A model generated the notes under the pieces. The model saw nothing but the letters and a program-made list of their open reading frames with translations, was not told the DNA's origin and made no database searches. From assembly GCA_964421955.1 (NCBI GenBank), contig CAYQYU010000010.1:1-36498 (forward strand): DNA of 36,498 bases, in the 5' to 3' direction. This document shows, one piece after another, positions 8,686 through 18,875 of this stretch (position 1 is its first letter; every line of letters begins with the position of its first letter). A program made the position numbers and the translations under genes. This DNA is from an uncultured archaeon (GTDB lineage Archaea > Nanohalarchaeota > Nanosalinia > Nanosalinales > Nanosalinaceae).

Positions 8686-10302
8686 TCAGCTCTCAAGGTG
8701 CTCGAGTACCTTTGCATACGCCGGCCTCGTGATTGCAATACCTATTATGACACCGAGAATTGTCGTGATAGCGAAGCCCTTAACCGCCTGGAGCGCAAAT
8801 CCTGACGGATCCATAAGATTGGCGAAGACCGCGACCGTTACACCCATGGTTCCGATCACCATGTACTGTGGGCTGGTGGACCGGGTAAGTGTATAACCGA
8901 TCAGCCCTATTCCCGCGGCGCCGATCGCGAGATGCGAGAGCTCGGGAGAAACCAGAGGCATCATCGCACCAATCGTCGATGCGGCGGATGTGAAAATCAC
9001 GAAGAACGCTCTCTTCATCCTCTTCTTCCATGAACGTATCTTTTCTCTACCAGATTCGTCAGCTATAATGATCTGGTCGTCAACCCCTGTTCCCACCGCG
9101 GCGATAATTCCTGCGATCGAGGCGAGATCGAGAGTTGCCACTGTCGAGAACCAGACCCCGAGTATAATGAATACCTCAGACGAACCCGTGATAAAGATAG
9201 GTAATGCGACTCCCAGACTGCGGTAGCGCACATACACCAGGCCTCCGACCGCTATAAGCGCTGCGGCAATCGAGATGAAGGCCGCCGAGGTGAACTGTGC
9301 CCCCAGCGAGGAAGACACAGAGGAGAACGACTCCACCTCGACAGGTGCGGGAAGTCTACCCGACTGGAGTATCGACTGTAGCTCCTTCATCTCTGCCCGG
9401 GCCTGTTCCGCGGTCTCTGCACCACCGTTAATCGACGGCTGTGTGATAATATTTCCTTCACGCTTGAAGGAGGCCGCCATCCTGAGTTCGCTAGCCTTCT
9501 CATCGTCCACGTAGAGACCCAGCATCGCGAAGTCTCCATTATCCATTGCCAGGTAAGGGTTTCCAGAATTGGGGTCGACCGCCGTGCCGTAGTTGCTCGC
9601 GACCTGCTGGACGTTTCTCGCGGCCTCGGTCGAAATCACTACAGGGAACCGGAAGCTGTATCCCTGGGTGCCGCCCTGTACCACAGACTCGGAGGTCAGG
9701 ACCTGCTGGACATCCTCGCCGTCGTACGCCACAACTTCAAGATTAGCCGAGGTGTCGGAATTATTGATGTAGGAGAACCTCGTACCTCCTAGTTCAAACT
9801 CGTCACCAGACTCGTAAGATTCACCGCTCACAGTTACTCCTGAACCGGTGCGTTCAAAGGTGTAGGTGTCTTCGAGCGTGAAGTTCTTCGTATCGCTTAT
9901 CTGGAGAGGTAGCCGGGCCTCGAAGCTTCCCTCCCGTGATATCAGGTTTTCCAGTCGCGTCCTGTTGGTATCGGCGACCTCCACCTGTATCTTGTAGTCG
10001 TCTCCCAGCCTGACCGTTCTAATATCTGTCTGCGTCAGCCCGAACGCGGAGACACGGGTCTGCAGAACGTCGCGGACCTGATTGGTGACGTTCTCAGAAT
10101 TGGTCCCCTGCACATTAAGTAAAACGCGTAAACCGCCCTGGAGTTCCAGCCCTTTCTGGATGTTTGTTACGAGCTCGACATCTCCCTGGTCGTTGGTATC
10201 ATACGGGAGCGGGTTGAACGGGAACAGTAGTGCTGTGGAGATAAAAAGCGATATCAGCAGTATCCATACTCTCCACTCCTTCAGCATCGGTTTCAGTTCC
10301 AT
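8686..10302 (-). CDS. secD: Protein translocase subunit SecD
   Basis: GLELQGG, LQTRVSAFGL, LQSGRLP, LDLASIAGIIAAVGTGVDDQIII, GFAITTILGV...TRPAY; directly downstream of secF. Confidence 0.93.
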   Translation of the reverse strand: MELKPMLKEWRVWILLISLFISTALLFPFNPLPYDTNDQGDVELVTNIQKGLELQGGLRVLLNVQGTNSENVTNQVRDVLQTRVSAFGLTQTDIRTVRLGDDYKIQVEVADTNRTRLENLISREGSFEARLPLQISDTKNFTLEDTYTFERTGSGVTVSGESYESGDEFELGGTRFSYINNSDTSANLEVVAYDGEDVQQVLTSESVVQGGTQGYSFRFPVVISTEAARNVQQVASNYGTAVDPNSGNPYLAMDNGDFAMLGLYVDDEKASELRMAASFKREGNIITQPSINGGAETAEQARAEMKELQSILQSGRLPAPVEVESFSSVSSSLGAQFTSAAFISIAAALIAVGGLVYVRYRSLGVALPIFITGSSEVFIILGVWFSTVATLDLASIAGIIAAVGTGVDDQIIIADESGREKIRSWKKRMKRAFFVIFTSAASTIGAMMPLVSPELSHLAIGAAGIGLIGYTLTRSTSPQYMVIGTMGVTVAVFANLMDPSGFALQAVKGFAITTILGVIIGIAITRPAYAKVLEHLES

Positions 10303-11195
10303 GGAAACACCCCGTAATCCAGTTCCCCGTTAACGTATTTCTTGAGTATTATGGCGTTCCCGAACCAGGTGAACGGCATGTCCGCCAGGAGCCCTATAAC
10401 CATTACTCCCGCGATGTTTGATAGCTCCGAGGGACCGACAAGTGCGCGGGAAACGAGGAACAGCAAGGTGAAGCCGGCGATACCTCCCGAGCTCATCGTG
10501 ACCCCTGTCTTCACCGAGCCCCAGATTCTCTCCTTCATTGAGCCGCGAGTCTTTTTGAGAACACGGGTCGAGAGCAGAATGTCGGTGTCGACCGAGTATC
10601 CTATAAGCATCAGCAGTGCGGCGAGCGAACCCAGTGTCAGTGGAATTCCGAGCACCGCCATTCCGGCAGCAGCAAAGATTATGTCGCCGGCCGCCGCGAA
10701 TATAACCGCGATCGATGGCGTGACATCCCTGAAGGCGACAAAAATTACCGTGCTCATGATTGTGAACGCCATCACAAATGCGAGCTGTGCCTGCCGGAAG
10801 AATTCCTCGGAAACTGAAGCGGAGATCGACCTGAAGCCGGTTACATCCGCGTTATAGCCCGAGTCTTCAAGTATTCCCTGGACCTCGGCCTCCTCCATCG
10901 AGGGAGGCGGAACCCGGATTATCAGCGAGGTCTGGTTGCCTGAAGTCTGCTTTATGGCGTCGATGTCTCTTCCTTCGTTCGCGAAAACTCGCTGAATCTC
11001 CGCAGTGCTAAAATCTTGCTGTAGCGCAACCGTTAGCTCCGTACCTCCTGTGAAATCAGTACCCTTCTCCAGGAACTCTCCTGTAGTAGCGTAGTTGTAG
11101 CCCAAGACGCCTATAGCGAACATCAGCATCAGGACCGGTATCACCAGATAACGGTCATAATTACTGTAGACACGATCGAAATACCCCTCCAGCAT
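10293..11195 (-). CDS. secF: Protein translocase subunit SecF
   Basis: GTDFTGGT and AALLMLIGYSVDTDILL; 10-nt overlap with secD. Confidence 0.95.
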   Translation of the reverse strand: MLEGYFDRVYSNYDRYLVIPVLMLMFAIGVLGYNYATTGEFLEKGTDFTGGTELTVALQQDFSTAEIQRVFANEGRDIDAIKQTSGNQTSLIIRVPPPSMEEAEVQGILEDSGYNADVTGFRSISASVSEEFFRQAQLAFVMAFTIMSTVIFVAFRDVTPSIAVIFAAAGDIIFAAAGMAVLGIPLTLGSLAALLMLIGYSVDTDILLSTRVLKKTRGSMKERIWGSVKTGVTMSSGGIAGFTLLFLVSRALVGPSELSNIAGVMVIGLLADMPFTWFGNAIILKKYVNGELDYGVFPWN

Positions 11196-11271
11196 AGAAA
11201 AATACTAGAGGCTAAAATCCTTTTAAAACGCAAGGGAGACAATAAAAAGTTCTTGACTCAAGTTGCTCCTT
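11196..11271. promoter_or_regulatory. Divergent promoter region secF / aglB
   Basis: 76-nt spacer with TTTTAAAA at 11221-11228 (about 26 nt from the secF ATG) and AATAAAAA at 11241-11248 (about 25-30 nt from the aglB ATG). Confidence 0.5.
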
Positions 11272-13725
11272 ATGAACAATCTGGTCCAGAAAATCGATGA
11301 TTTCTTCACCGTGGACGGACTGAAGAAAAACTGGGATGTTCTTGCGGTCGCGAGCATATTTGTTCTCGCGATCTGGTTCCGCTACATGCCTGCGGGAGGC
11401 ATGCAGTATCTTCAGGCGCTCGATCCCTACATGATCTTCAGACTATCACAGCACCTGGCATTCGAGGGTAACCTGCCCGCTCTGGACTTCATGCGTTACT
11501 TCCCGTACGCCAATCCTGTGCACAAGCTGCAGATGGGCAACATCGTGTTCCCTGCAGTATTTTACTGGCTCGGGCCTTTCCTGTTCTTCGACAGCTACAT
11601 GGGATGGGCCCAGTTCTATCCCGCATTAATGGGAGGTATCGGAACAATATTTGCCTACCTCCTCGGCAGAGAAATCTGGGGTAAAGTCGCCGGAGTCTCG
11701 GGAGCGTTCTTCCTCGCGACTATTGCGGGAGCGATGCACCGTACTTCAGCTGGCTTCTTCGAGAAGGAGCCCATCGGCACAATGTTCATGATGATGTCCC
11801 TGTACTTCTTTGTCAGGGCCTGGAAACGCGACGAGTGGGTCGCCGGAATAGGATCAGGTCTCGCGCTTGCAGGCTTCACGCTCTCCTGGGGAGGCGCCAG
11901 TATGGCATGGATGCTCTACCCTCTTACAGTCGGAACCGTGATGCTGCTTGACGAGGACATAGACAGCCTTGTAAAGGCCTATACTCCGCTGGTGCTCCTG
12001 GGAGGCGGTCTCACCGCGATTCTGAACCCTGCAAAGTCGCTCTGGTTCACTGACTCGCTATTCCTTGCCAACCTCGGGCTTCTCGGGCTTCTATGGAGCA
12101 GGAAGCTTGTGGAAGAGTTCAAACTTGTCGAGCAAGACCAGCTCAAATACTACGTGCCCGGGATGTCCGCTCTGGGACTGTTCTTGCTGTTCCTTTCCCC
12201 GCTTTACTCCGACTTCATAGCCTCAAAGATGATGGGCATCATCGGCGGTCTCATCCCCGGCGGCAATGCAACTATCGCAGGAACTGTCGCGGAGAACCAG
12301 GCCGCGTCTCTTGGACAGCTGGTTAGCCAGCTCGGGGCAATTTCATCAGTCAGAATCAGCCCGGTATTCGGCTACCTCTCGAATGTCGTGGGCCCTTGGC
12401 CGCTCGCATTTATCGCCGTCGGATTCCTCGGCACCTCAGTAATTCTCATGGTTCTGAGGAAATACGGCGTCCTCGAAAAGACCATACACGACTCCACCTA
12501 CTACTACACCTTTGGAGCCGTTTTCCTTGGATGGATCATAGTTTTTGCAGCATTTTTCGGGGGCTCAATAATATTTGCGGTCGCGCCTTCAGTGCTCGCG
12601 GTAATGGCGGGCATGATAATTTTATACACCTTCTCAGACTTTGGAGAGCGCGACATCGATTTCAGGTGGTACTACCTTCTACCGATGTTCTGGATCATGA
12701 GCAACGTCCTGGGCGCAGTACTGATGTCAAGGCTCGTGTTCCTGTCCTCATTCTCCGTGGCGATAGGCGCAGGATACGCCTTTTCAATCGCGGTCGAAAA
12801 GCTTGGAGAACTTGATCTCGGAGATATTTTAAGGGACATCGACCACAGACAGGTCTGGATGCTGGGAGTGATACTGCTCGTCACCCCTGTAATGGCCGTG
12901 AACGTTGCATCAGGTTACTCTGCCGCCCAGAGCCTTGGAGGTTCACCAAACCAGGCCTGGACACAGTCACTCGACTACATGAGAGAAGAGACCCAAAAGG
13001 GATCAGTAATCATGTCCTGGTGGGACTACGGTTACTGGTTCGAATCAATCGGTAGAAGGCCCGCAATAGCCGACGGCGGAAACGCAGGATACTACACTTC
13101 GAACCCTGGAACAAATAAGGTGAACTACCCGGTCGCGGACTTCTTCACCTCCTCAAATCCGGACAACCATACGGACCTGTTCAGGAGGCATTCTGTGGAT
13201 TACCTGGTCCTCGATAACTCGATGATAGGGAAATATGCGGCAGTATCCCAGATATCCAACCGCGACAACTCCCAGTTCCAGAGCATGCAGCAGATGAGTA
13301 CATCCGGGGGAATACAGAACTCCATAAGCCAGTCAGGTAACAGGACCGTGGTACAGCTCCAGAACAGGAGGGCGAGAGCTTACGTCCCAATCAACCGGAG
13401 CGGGAACTCTATCGGGATCACAGGAGTCTCAACGCTACAGGTCCAGGGCGGCCGGATAAACGTTGGTTGCGTCCTAACCGAGGAAGGTAGAAAGGACTTC
13501 CGCGATGAAAACGAGCGATTCTGTCTCGCGGAAGACCCCTACTACAGCTTAGAAAGGGCGATCGCCACGAACGGCCAGGCCCGTGTAATCCTCGTTCCCG
13601 AAGTAATCTCTGAAGCATCTCTCGTACGACTCTACCTGATGGACGGCTACGGCGTTGACTTCGTGGAAAAGATCCCGGAGGCCTCTAACGGCTACGTCAA
13701 GATGTGGAAAGTTGACATCCAATGA
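11272..13725 (+). CDS. aglB: Oligosaccharyltransferase AglB (STT3 family)
   Basis: ALDPY, TVAE (TIXE-like), SWWDYG, ADGG and DNSMIGK motifs; many TM segments plus a C-terminal soluble domain. Confidence 0.95.
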   Translation: MNNLVQKIDDFFTVDGLKKNWDVLAVASIFVLAIWFRYMPAGGMQYLQALDPYMIFRLSQHLAFEGNLPALDFMRYFPYANPVHKLQMGNIVFPAVFYWLGPFLFFDSYMGWAQFYPALMGGIGTIFAYLLGREIWGKVAGVSGAFFLATIAGAMHRTSAGFFEKEPIGTMFMMMSLYFFVRAWKRDEWVAGIGSGLALAGFTLSWGGASMAWMLYPLTVGTVMLLDEDIDSLVKAYTPLVLLGGGLTAILNPAKSLWFTDSLFLANLGLLGLLWSRKLVEEFKLVEQDQLKYYVPGMSALGLFLLFLSPLYSDFIASKMMGIIGGLIPGGNATIAGTVAENQAASLGQLVSQLGAISSVRISPVFGYLSNVVGPWPLAFIAVGFLGTSVILMVLRKYGVLEKTIHDSTYYYTFGAVFLGWIIVFAAFFGGSIIFAVAPSVLAVMAGMIILYTFSDFGERDIDFRWYYLLPMFWIMSNVLGAVLMSRLVFLSSFSVAIGAGYAFSIAVEKLGELDLGDILRDIDHRQVWMLGVILLVTPVMAVNVASGYSAAQSLGGSPNQAWTQSLDYMREETQKGSVIMSWWDYGYWFESIGRRPAIADGGNAGYYTSNPGTNKVNYPVADFFTSSNPDNHTDLFRRHSVDYLVLDNSMIGKYAAVSQISNRDNSQFQSMQQMSTSGGIQNSISQSGNRTVVQLQNRRARAYVPINRSGNSIGITGVSTLQVQGGRINVGCVLTEEGRKDFRDENERFCLAEDPYYSLERAIATNGQARVILVPEVISEASLVRLYLMDGYGVDFVEKIPEASNGYVKMWKVDIQ

Positions 13726-14846
13726 TACTTCTCGCAACATCCCTGGCGCTAGGATTCGTGGCGGTGCTGGTAGGAACCCCTTTTGCCCGCCAGTACCTGC
13801 TGATGTCCGGCATATTCGGCATCGATCAGCAGAAACCGGAAAAGCCAAGACTCGCAACCTCCGGAGGACTTCCAGTAATATTCGGCTTCCTGATATCGGT
13901 AACCACCTACATCGCCCTTACCGCGTTCTTCAGTAGCCCCGGAATAAACCTTGCAGAGACTCTGGCCGCATTAACGTCGGTGATTCTGATCTCGATGATA
14001 GGGTTCATCGACGATATCCATGTCAACATGAAAGCAGTTATAGAGGAAGAACTCGACATCGAGAAAGAGGAGTTCGAGCTAGACTTCCACAGAGAAATAG
14101 AGAACGCAGAGTTACCTCACTTCCGGATCTGGAACCGGCTCTCAGGAGAAAAAGACGGCGACACAATAAGACAGGGTCTGGGCCAGGTCTCGAAGATGCT
14201 GTTCGTGCTCCCCGCCGCACTGCCCCTGATCGCGGTAGGTGCCGGATCATGGACTATGCACTTCCCCATTATAGGAACGGTGAACTGGGGCATGATCTAT
14301 CCGCTCGTGCTCCTGCCTCTGGGACTCCTTTTCGTCTCGAACGTCGTGAACATGCTTGAGGGGATGAACGGGCTCGCGGCCGCGATGAGCATCGTCTCCT
14401 CAACCTCACTCGGTATCTACGCATACATCAACGGGAGCATAGAGGCCGCACTCATCGCCTTCAGCCTCTCGGCCTGTTTGCTCGGATTCCTGAAGTACAA
14501 CTTCTACCCGGCATCGATTCTTCCCGGCGATTCTCTCACCTACCTTTCAGGTGCCGCGATGTTTTCGGCGATGGTCGTCGGGGACATGGAGCGTTTCGGG
14601 GTCTTCATATTCATGCCATGGGCCGCAGAGTTCCTTCTGAAGCTGCGTTCCGGTTTCCAGGCCCGGTCATGGGGAGAACTCCAGGAAGACGGCTCGCTGA
14701 AGCCTTTCCATGATAAAAACTACTCGCTCACACACCCCCTTATGAGGCAGGGTCTCAAAGAGCGCGAGATCGTGCTCGCACTGGCAGGAGTGGAAACTTT
14801 AATCTGTGTTACAGGTCTATACCTATTCACGGCGGGGATAATATGA
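13722..14846 (+). CDS. Polyprenyl-phosphate HexNAc-1-phosphate transferase (GPT/AglH/MraY superfamily)
   Basis: GIDQQKP, SGGL, GFIDD, NVVNMLEGMNGL, KYNFYPASILPGDS; ATGA overlap with aglB. Confidence 0.88.
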   Translation: MILLATSLALGFVAVLVGTPFARQYLLMSGIFGIDQQKPEKPRLATSGGLPVIFGFLISVTTYIALTAFFSSPGINLAETLAALTSVILISMIGFIDDIHVNMKAVIEEELDIEKEEFELDFHREIENAELPHFRIWNRLSGEKDGDTIRQGLGQVSKMLFVLPAALPLIAVGAGSWTMHFPIIGTVNWGMIYPLVLLPLGLLFVSNVVNMLEGMNGLAAAMSIVSSTSLGIYAYINGSIEAALIAFSLSACLLGFLKYNFYPASILPGDSLTYLSGAAMFSAMVVGDMERFGVFIFMPWAAEFLLKLRSGFQARSWGELQEDGSLKPFHDKNYSLTHPLMRQGLKEREIVLALAGVETLICVTGLYLFTAGII

Positions 14847-16618
14847 AGCAGCTAATCGAAGAGATCAGGGATTCGCTGAAAAATCCCTACTACATCGCTC
14901 TACTGGTCATACTCGGGGCAGCTACATTCCTCAGGTTCAGGTATGCTTTCTTCGAGGGGATGTGGGTAGACGAAGGACGTTACGCGCGGGTAGGATTTGA
15001 ACTCTCCAACCATCTGCTCAGCTACTCAACAACAGAGGCCTGGCGCGGGCAGATAACCGGCTTCCCTCCAGTATACCCTTACATGATAGCTCTCTCCACA
15101 TACATTTTCGGCAAGACAGACTTCGCAGTCAGGATAGTCAGCCCGATCATGGGTGTGGCAGGAACCGGGCTCACCTATCTACTTGGAAGAGAGATGAAGA
15201 ACCGTGAGACCGGAATTATAGCCGCTGCACTTGTAGCTGTGAGCCCCGTATTCTGGTTCCTGAGCGAAAGAATCCTTGTCGGAGCAACTTTTGCCGCACT
15301 ATACACCGCCGCACTGTTCCTGCTCTACTACGGGCTTGAAGAACGAGAATACTCGAAATACGCGATCTGGGCGCTCGGCCCTGTCGTGATGCTGAATATC
15401 CTGACGAAGCAGCCCGCCTATACGCTCGGCATAATTGTGCCCGTTTACTTCCTCTACAAGAAGAGGGCCGAGCTGAGAGAAGTCCTGGTCGACCGCGTGG
15501 AAATCAGGAAGAGCGTCCTCTACGAGAATACGCTCACCGACCGGAACTACTACATTTCCGCAGGACTGGCATTACTGACAATCGGTCCGTGGATGCTGAG
15601 AAACATGTCGGTGTGCAACTTCCCGCTTTGCGGGCTTTCACGTGCCGCAAAGTTCGCGGATGCGAGTTCCCCGGCAGCATGGGCCAGCTCACAGGGGCCG
15701 TTCTTCTTCATACTCAACCTTCCCGCGGTCGTGAGCATAGGGGTTTCAATACTAATAGCGCTGAGAGTTGGCCAGTACCTGTTACAGTGGAGCGACAGGG
15801 ACGCAGACATGCTTGTAAAGTACTCCGCAGCAACCCTTGGACTGCTTGCAGTGACCTATCTCTCGGTCCCGAGACTGGTCCCTATGGTGCTGCTGACTTC
15901 GATCGCGCTCTACGCCACAAACGACGCCGAGAAACTGCTCTGGATCTCGATCGGCATAGGAATAGGATTCATGTCGATACCGACCATCAAGGTCCCAAGG
16001 TACATCGTTTTCGTGGTGCCTGCTCTGGTGACCGTGGCCGCGATCTCGGTTTATTCGATAAGCGACTGGCTCTCATACCAGCTCGAGACGGATGATCTTA
16101 CCACGATCAGGATCGCCGCAATAATTATGCTCCCGCTGCTCTTCATGTCGTATGCCCAGGGCCTCAACACGGTTTCACAGGGTGGTTTCGCCCAGCTTGA
16201 GCCCGCGGGTGACTGGATCGACAGGAACGCTCCCGAGGACGCAAGCATTACCGGCTCATCGCCCACGCCGCTCCGGTACTATGTATACCCTAGGAACTCC
16301 TACAGGCTTCCGGACAACCGGACAGAACTGAGATCATTCATCCAGGAGAAGGACATCAGCTATGTTGAAGTCGACATATACGAGCGGGCTCAGCCCAAGT
16401 GGGCGCATACGGGACTTCCACCCTACAGGCTCCATGTCTCTACAGTCCAGCAACTCAGATCGGGAAGCCTGTCGCCACAGCAGGTCGCATCCAGCTACGG
16501 TCAGCCGCCAGACTATCTTGAACCCGTGAAAAGCTTCGGCACTACGGGTGTTCCTCTCACACAGCAAAACCAGCAACCCGTGGTAATAATCTACCGGGTC
16601 AACCGTTCAGGCCTATGA
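14843..16618 (+). CDS. ArnT/PMT-family (GT-C) glycosyltransferase
   Basis: WVDEGRY, FPPVY, FAVRI, YLLGREM, LTKQ, RYIVFVVP; multi-TM; ATGA overlap. Confidence 0.85.
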   Translation: MKQLIEEIRDSLKNPYYIALLVILGAATFLRFRYAFFEGMWVDEGRYARVGFELSNHLLSYSTTEAWRGQITGFPPVYPYMIALSTYIFGKTDFAVRIVSPIMGVAGTGLTYLLGREMKNRETGIIAAALVAVSPVFWFLSERILVGATFAALYTAALFLLYYGLEEREYSKYAIWALGPVVMLNILTKQPAYTLGIIVPVYFLYKKRAELREVLVDRVEIRKSVLYENTLTDRNYYISAGLALLTIGPWMLRNMSVCNFPLCGLSRAAKFADASSPAAWASSQGPFFFILNLPAVVSIGVSILIALRVGQYLLQWSDRDADMLVKYSAATLGLLAVTYLSVPRLVPMVLLTSIALYATNDAEKLLWISIGIGIGFMSIPTIKVPRYIVFVVPALVTVAAISVYSISDWLSYQLETDDLTTIRIAAIIMLPLLFMSYAQGLNTVSQGGFAQLEPAGDWIDRNAPEDASITGSSPTPLRYYVYPRNSYRLPDNRTELRSFIQEKDISYVEVDIYERAQPKWAHTGLPPYRLHVSTVQQLRSGSLSPQQVASSYGQPPDYLEPVKSFGTTGVPLTQQNQQPVVIIYRVNRSGL

Positions 16619-17508
16619 TAGCGGTAATAATACCGACGCTCAACGAGGAAGAGGCCATAGAATCCGTGGTCAGGGGTTTTCCGTCTAACTACCAGGACCA
16701 CGATGTCAAGGTCCACGTGGTTGACGGCGGCTCCACGGACAAAACCGTAGAGAAGGCGGAGGAAGCCGGGGCCGAGATCATCCGGCAGGTGAGAGGAGGA
16801 GGGAAGGGCAACGGCGTCAGCCAGGCCCTGAAACAGGTAGATGCGGACATCTATGTAATGATCGACGGTGACGGGACCTACGATCCTGCGGAAATGAGCA
16901 GACTTGTCGACCCGCTCATCGATGGAAACGCTGAGCACGTAATAGGACGGCGTTCCAATCGCGAGACGGGCGCAATACCTGTATTTAACCGGCTCGGCAA
17001 CTACCTCTTCAACCTCATAACACGTGTCAGCACTGGTGAGAAGATATACGACATGCTCTCCGGCTACCGGGCATTCACCCGCGAATCCCTGAAACACACC
17101 GGGTTCACGAAGCCCGGCTTCGGGATCGAGACCGAGATGACGTTTACCGCGGTCGAGAACAACCTGCCGATAGAGGAGGTCCCGATCTCGTACAGGGAAA
17201 GAACGGGGAACAGCAAGCTTCACCCGTTAAAAGACGGCTGGAGGATAATCAATACTATTGTCTGGAGCATCCGGGACATGAACCCGCTGAAGTTCTTCTC
17301 CTCCATCTCGCTCATTCTCTTCATCATATCCCTTTATCCCGCGTTCCTTACAGTCAAACAGAAGATCACCGAGGGAATAATAACCAACCCTGGCACAGCC
17401 ATAACAGCAGGGGTTCTCGTGATCCTCGCGGTCCAGTTCATGATCTTCGGGCTTCTCGCGGACCAGGTCAAGAACGTCGAGAAAAGGTTGAGAAACCGGG
17501 TGGATTAG
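16615..17508 (+). CDS. aglJ: GT2 dolichol-phosphate glycosyltransferase, AglJ-like
   Basis: IPTLNEE, VDGGSTD, GKG, IDGDGTY, AEHVIG, SGYRAFTRES, FGIETE, DG; two C-terminal TM helices, as in haloarchaeal AglJ. Confidence 0.75.
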   Translation: MIAVIIPTLNEEEAIESVVRGFPSNYQDHDVKVHVVDGGSTDKTVEKAEEAGAEIIRQVRGGGKGNGVSQALKQVDADIYVMIDGDGTYDPAEMSRLVDPLIDGNAEHVIGRRSNRETGAIPVFNRLGNYLFNLITRVSTGEKIYDMLSGYRAFTRESLKHTGFTKPGFGIETEMTFTAVENNLPIEEVPISYRERTGNSKLHPLKDGWRIINTIVWSIRDMNPLKFFSSISLILFIISLYPAFLTVKQKITEGIITNPGTAITAGVLVILAVQFMIFGLLADQVKNVEKRLRNRVD

Positions 17509-17509
17509 A

Positions 17510-18820
17510 ATGGATAGCCCCAGCGTGGTTTTCTTGGTTCTCGACAGCCTCAGGAGAGACCGGCTTTCCACATACAATTCCAAAATCGATTTTACAGAGA
17601 GTATAGAAAAGTTCTCGGAGGAGGCCGCGGTCTTTGAAAACGCAGTCGCGAATGCACCTTGGACCCTGCCTTCACACGCGTCGATGTTCACCGGGATGTA
17701 CCCCTGGGAGCATAACGCGACACAGAGAAATCTTTCCCTCGAGGTCGAAAAACCGCTGCTCGCGGAAAGATTCTCGGAGGAAGGTTACTCAACCGCTTGC
17801 ATCTCGACCAACGCCTGGCTGTCCCGCAAGTTTGGACTCGGGAAAGGTTTCGATCTCGTGGACAACCTTAGCTCCGGCGGGCTCTCCGAGAAGCTGTCGA
17901 AGATAAGGAGGACTATGGATGAATGGCTTTCAAGCCCGGGGAACGAACAGCTGAAACGACTGATCGTGAGACTCGGCAACAGTCTCTTCCATTACTGGAA
18001 CAGCGGGAGCCAGACAGAGGAAGTGCTGGAGAGAGGAAAGGAATTTATCGCTGAAAACGACCAATTCTTCCTCTTCCTGAACCTGATGGACGCTCACGAG
18101 CCTTACTTCCCGCCGGAAGAATACCGGGAGAAACACGGAGCGCCCTCGCCGAGAGAAATATGCCAGGACCCTACCGACTACCACTTCGGACGGAAGCAGC
18201 CCGACTTTGATGCGATAAACAGGATATACGACGCCTCGGTTGACCACGTGGACGATATGCTGGGCGAGTTCTTCGACTACCTGAGAGATACCGGTAGATG
18301 GGAGGGCACAGTCTTGATCGTGACCTCAGATCACGGCCAGATGTTGGGGGAAAACGAGGAGTATGGCCACCAGTTTTCGGTGGCGGAGTCTCTGGTGTCA
18401 GTTCCGCTAATGGTGAAAGGTGCGGAGGATGTCGATAGCCAGGTCGAGCTACGGGAGTTATATGATATTGTGCTCAACGCTGCAGGTATAGAACCCGGAT
18501 ACGAGGCTGGCACCAGGTTTGCGAAGGGGAGCTACGAGTTCCCTGACATGATGCGACCCCGGATCCCTCCCAAAAAATGGCGGGATTTCTACCGCCGCCA
18601 CAAGTTTGCCAGGTCACTGGACGGCCGGGTCACTCGTTCGGAGAATGAGGAAGAAGAGGTCGAAACCAAGTTCGAGGGCTTCAGCAAGGAACTTTCAGAC
18701 GAAGAAAAACGGCGGCTGGAGGAGAAGCTCGAACTGATCGGTAAATCGGAAAAAGGCGAGGACCTTGAAGAACATACTGACGAGATAAGGAGGAAACTGA
18801 AGGATCTCGGGTACGGCTAG
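17510..18820 (+). CDS. Sulfatase-fold (AlkP superfamily) protein, non-FGly type, LGY tail
   Basis: VLDSLR, PWTLPSHASMFTG, DAHEPY, TSDHG, GH; ends EIRRKLKDLGYG. Confidence 0.9.
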   Translation: MDSPSVVFLVLDSLRRDRLSTYNSKIDFTESIEKFSEEAAVFENAVANAPWTLPSHASMFTGMYPWEHNATQRNLSLEVEKPLLAERFSEEGYSTACISTNAWLSRKFGLGKGFDLVDNLSSGGLSEKLSKIRRTMDEWLSSPGNEQLKRLIVRLGNSLFHYWNSGSQTEEVLERGKEFIAENDQFFLFLNLMDAHEPYFPPEEYREKHGAPSPREICQDPTDYHFGRKQPDFDAINRIYDASVDHVDDMLGEFFDYLRDTGRWEGTVLIVTSDHGQMLGENEEYGHQFSVAESLVSVPLMVKGAEDVDSQVELRELYDIVLNAAGIEPGYEAGTRFAKGSYEFPDMMRPRIPPKKWRDFYRRHKFARSLDGRVTRSENEEEEVETKFEGFSKELSDEEKRRLEEKLELIGKSEKGEDLEEHTDEIRRKLKDLGYG

Positions 18821-18875
18821 GCGAAAGAATTCTGGAAATGTTTTAATTCTCATGCTGACCCTTTCAACAATATAG

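Noticed and set aside
14019-14170. Insert in the GPT-like protein as a mini-intein
   Set aside because: Too short, with no N-terminal Cys/Ser or C-terminal His-Asn splice motifs.
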